Shown in pieces: positions 60,538-64,000 of a stretch of 64,000 nucleotides of DNA. The stretch is from Klebsormidium nitens (taxonomy: Eukaryota; Plantae; Klebsormidiophyceae). The translations under genes and the position numbers were made by a program. Numbering within the stretch: the stretch's first letter is position 1; each line of letters opens with the position of its first letter. The stretch covers positions 124,001 through 188,000 of the forward strand of contig DF236956.1 in NCBI GenBank assembly GCA_000708835.1, written 5' to 3'. The notes under the pieces are model-generated. The model did not search any database, was not told the DNA's origin, and worked only from the letters and a program-made list of their open reading frames with translations.

Positions 60538-61932
60538 GGTCTGAACAAATGTAGGAGGAGTGGGGAGAACATGCTTTCTGTTTGTACATATTGACCTAAG
60601 AAGCGCTCCATTTGACAGAGCAGACATTTAGTTGGGAAGTCTTGTAAGATTGTTCGTGCGACTGACTTACAGTGTCATATTTAGGAACCGTAAAGTCGAA
60701 GACTTATAAAAGCAACGTCTTGATTTCATAAAATTTTATCTGATCAGGCGTTACATAGGTATATATTGAAAGTTGGGTCGGAATCCTTACAGTGACGTCG
60801 TATTTGTACAGCGGAAAGAAAGAAAGGCTGATCGAAAACCTGGGCTTGCGAACTCAGGAATTAGTGCCGATCTCCGCGCCAAAACGGCTAGCTTCGACCG
60901 TCTTTGACCATACCTGAAAGGCATGGGCTCTTCCAAACAGCAGGACGCAATGAAACAGCTGATTGAATTGGAGAGCAATCTCTGATGGTAGCTTATTGAC
61001 AGGCTTTGAGCCTGCAAACTTCTAGTCCGCAGCCTGTATTCCTGCGCGTTCGGTTCCAGTCCCACGCCGACGGCTCACGCTGCACATGCCGGCATCGCCA
61101 TCCTGCGGTAATGAGCTAGTCACCTTCATATGGCCAGCTATGTTGGATGATCGAAAGTGCATGTCCGGCCTGCCGGAGCCCATTCCTTATGCAAGCTATC
61201 ATGAACATGACTGCGCACAAGGATGGTGCGGGGGCCGCGTGTGTGCACGTATGTGGTGCGCTTGCCAGTACCTAGCTTGTACGTCATGCATGGTGGCATC
61301 ATTCATAAGTCGTCGATCGAGTGCCAAAAGGGTACAAACGCGTGCCAGGTCGAGAAGCTGTGATTGAATCGATCTCGTTTGCATGACAGCTGCGCGCGCG
61401 GAATTGTTACAATCATAATAATCGCACACTTATTTAGTATGCGCAAAGTAGCTAGGACTGCTGTTGTAGATTGATCCGTTGATCGCGGGCATGAAACTAT
61501 GTTGAACCGCCGTCGAAATCATTGACCTTTCCATGTGTCAGAGATGATTCTTAACGTACTTCGCAACTTGTCGGCGAACTCCATGCTATAGAACGCGAAA
61601 CTCGTTGCAAGTTAGATGACTTAGTGACAATTACAACACCATTCAGCACGTTGAGCTGCTCCAAGACCGTAAGGAAGAATGCACTTTTGCAACTATTTTT
61701 GTGGGCCGCCCGGTGCATAACAACGCAGCAGGCCTCCGTGACAATCTTACTTATACAAGTAAAACAAAAGCTTGTATGTATACTTCTTTCGTCAAGGTAC
61801 CTCGCCGCATTCTGTCTTTGCTCTGCATGACATGTATACTAAAGCGACCCCTACCGCTTAGGGAGCGCCTTCTATATCCAGCAGAGGTCCTTTCGACCAC
61901 ATCACGTAACCTTTGCTGTGAAACTCGTCGCA

Positions 61933-63040
61933 TCAAGCGTTTCCGTACCCTTCCGCCACGTGTCTCTGCGCCACCGCGACCAAGCGCTCCCGCATCGTTT
62001 CATATGACGTGTACCGCGGCAGCAGCAGTTGCAAGAAGCACGTGTGCGCGGTCGGGAGCGACTCGACGCTCGTCTCGACACAGTGAATATGCACCCGGTC
62101 GTGCAGGCTCGCAAACCCGGTAGACGGTAGGTACCGGATCGCGGTCGCGAAGAACAGGAGGTTCCGCTGCTGTTCCGGGGAGAGGCTCCGGACGGCCGCC
62201 CAGAAGTACCGGATGACGTCATCGGAGGCTTCGCAGCCGTGGTAGGTCGTGTGCCGCTCCCAGTCGTCGATGTCCAGGTCGGACGTGGCGCCTTGCAGCT
62301 GCGACGCAAACTCCTGCACACAAGGAGAGTACGTAAGATGAGAGAGGAAATAAGATCGACTATCATACGAAGATTATGTCTGTGTCACGCCTTCCGCTCT
62401 CTCGTCGCATAAAGGTCCTAGGATGTGTCCAAAGCCGGCCGCAGCTGTCCAAGTTGTAGCTTCCGCACCGGCAACGAGCTACTTGACAACATTGGAGCCT
62501 TCCAGGAGCGCTTTAGGTACAAGAACAGGCTGCATGCCTAGTACTCCCACACACAAATGACAACCCAGAAGTTTGCGGAACAAAGCAGGAGCAATGACAA
62601 GTGCCCTCCAGAAAGCGCTCCGAGCCGCATGAAACCTTGTGTGTTTGATTGCTCACATCGCCCAGACTGACATCACTATTCCAAGGTACGAGAGAAAGCA
62701 TCGCAAAGCGCGCACGAGACGAAAGCCCTTTTAAAAATGTTTTCCGAGACTTTAAATTCCTTCCCATTCCGCTCCGCTTCCTCACCTGATCGGTGAGAGG
62801 GGCAAAGACGTGCGCCCACGACACCCCCTCCGGCAGCAGCGACTCCATGCCCTCGCGAAGCGCTTTGATCTGCTCCGCCACGGGCTCCATCACCTGCTTC
62901 TGGACTTTGAGGTCCACGAACAGCTGCCGATTCTCTGCCGTGAGCGCCCGGTTGCGGCCCCCCGGGAGGAGCTCGACTTCGGTGTGATCGCCGAGGCCGG
63001 AGTCGATGGTGCAGACGAAGGTCAGGCCCAGGTTCTCAAC
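61933..63040 (-). CDS. HECT-domain E3 ubiquitin ligase, 3' part (5' exons beyond the right edge or unresolved)
   Basis: Exons 63040-62786 (LTF...VELLPGGRNRALTAENR..FV...QIKALREG) and 62313-61933 (DIDDWERHTTY.G...VIRYFW...LLFFAT...LPTAHTCF..L.LP.Y). Catalytic Cys codon at 62040-62038. Confidence 0.93.
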
Positions 63041-64000
63041 CTGTGAAACGGATGTGCCTGGTTTCAAAATGACATGGACGAGCTGTAACCAGAGTGGTAT
63101 TGCAGGTTCGGTCAAACCGTCCGCCTGACCCGAATCCGAATCGAGCCAGTCGCAGAACTTTTCTCGGGCAGTAGAACTTGGGCCGTTCGATGAGAGGCTT
63201 GTGGGTCATCGCAGGGTCCAAGTTCTGCGGATTGGGCAAAGTTTGGCGTTCAACTCATGTAAGACTCTGGTCAGGCGGCCAGGTCTAACCGAATGTGCAA
63301 TTTGACACGATCCTTGAGTTGTCAAGATCTGGACGAGTTTAGCGGGAGTACACAAGAAGATGAGGCGCAGGTGCTTGAGCCCACGGACAATGCAAGTCGG
63401 GCTCAACGACGATCAGGGGGACTCGGCTTTGAATCGACGGTGCGGCCGAAGGTGAGGCCAGACTCCACATTGGAGACGGGCTGTGAGCACGGGAGGCAAC
63501 AGAGACAATAATTACTCGTTTTGAAAGCAGATATTTATGATAGCTGCATTAGGAGTTTGACGGACGCGGCATATCGGGCTGGAAGGATCGGAGCACAACC
63601 AAGTCCGTGATCTGAAAGGAGGACGCAGTTCGGGTAGCGCGACAACCAGGCTGAAAACTAGAGATGTAGTCAATTGCATTCGAGAGCCGCTGAATCTCGC
63701 TCTGCAAGGCGTCCGAAAAGAGCGAGAAGCATTGGAAGTCAAGGGACTGACACCTCGTCTATCCGAGAAACAGCCGGAAAACGCGCACAACAGCAATACA
63801 AAAGCGGCATCGTAAGGCAGGGAGGGACGAGCGACCTTCAGGTGTCTTCGTTATGGAACTCCTCATCAGGGAAAAGAGGCTGACGGCAGATTTTCGAAGT
63901 TGGAAAATGTCATGAATCCACTGACTTTAACGAATAAGAAAGTGGTCTTTGAAGTCTCAAAAACAACAGCGGACGAGCTGACAGCTCGGAGGCGTCTGAG

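Noticed and set aside
1-64000. rRNA, tRNA, autonomous transposase or retroelement ORFs
   Set aside because: None recognised by eye. tRNAscan-SE, Infernal/Rfam and RepeatMasker would be needed to exclude them formally.

Overview
This is intron-rich eukaryotic DNA from the green lineage. GC-rich exons, GT-AG introns and plant-type gene families suggest a streptophyte alga such as Klebsormidium (inference). I reconstructed nine protein-coding genes by hand: two tandem CNGC2/4-like cyclic nucleotide-gated channels (minus strand; the first runs off the left edge), a PV42-like CBS-domain SnRK1 gamma-type subunit, a TPR-like protein of unknown function, an importin-13/transportin-SR family karyopherin, a large WD40 protein, a multidomain C-type lectin-EGF-EGF-CBM-GH10 protein, a bacterial-looking CE4/PuuE-like hydrolase, an 89-aa plant-type protein, and the 3' end of a HECT E3 ligase. 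A MITE lies in a WD40 intron. I saw no rRNA, tRNA, CRISPR array or autonomous transposon. Three observations stand out. (1) The complete CNGC has a tandemly duplicated 112-nt pore/S6 exon separated by a 31-nt spacer, with the hallmarks of mutually exclusive splicing that would swap selectivity-filter residues. (2) An animal-style CTLD/EGF module is fused to a GH10 domain that keeps both catalytic Glu residues but has a rewired binding cleft. (3) About a dozen introns across six genes contain serial degenerate copies of their own splice junctions ('junction echoes'), which look like the raw material for new exons. All exon structures are manual predictions without transcript support.
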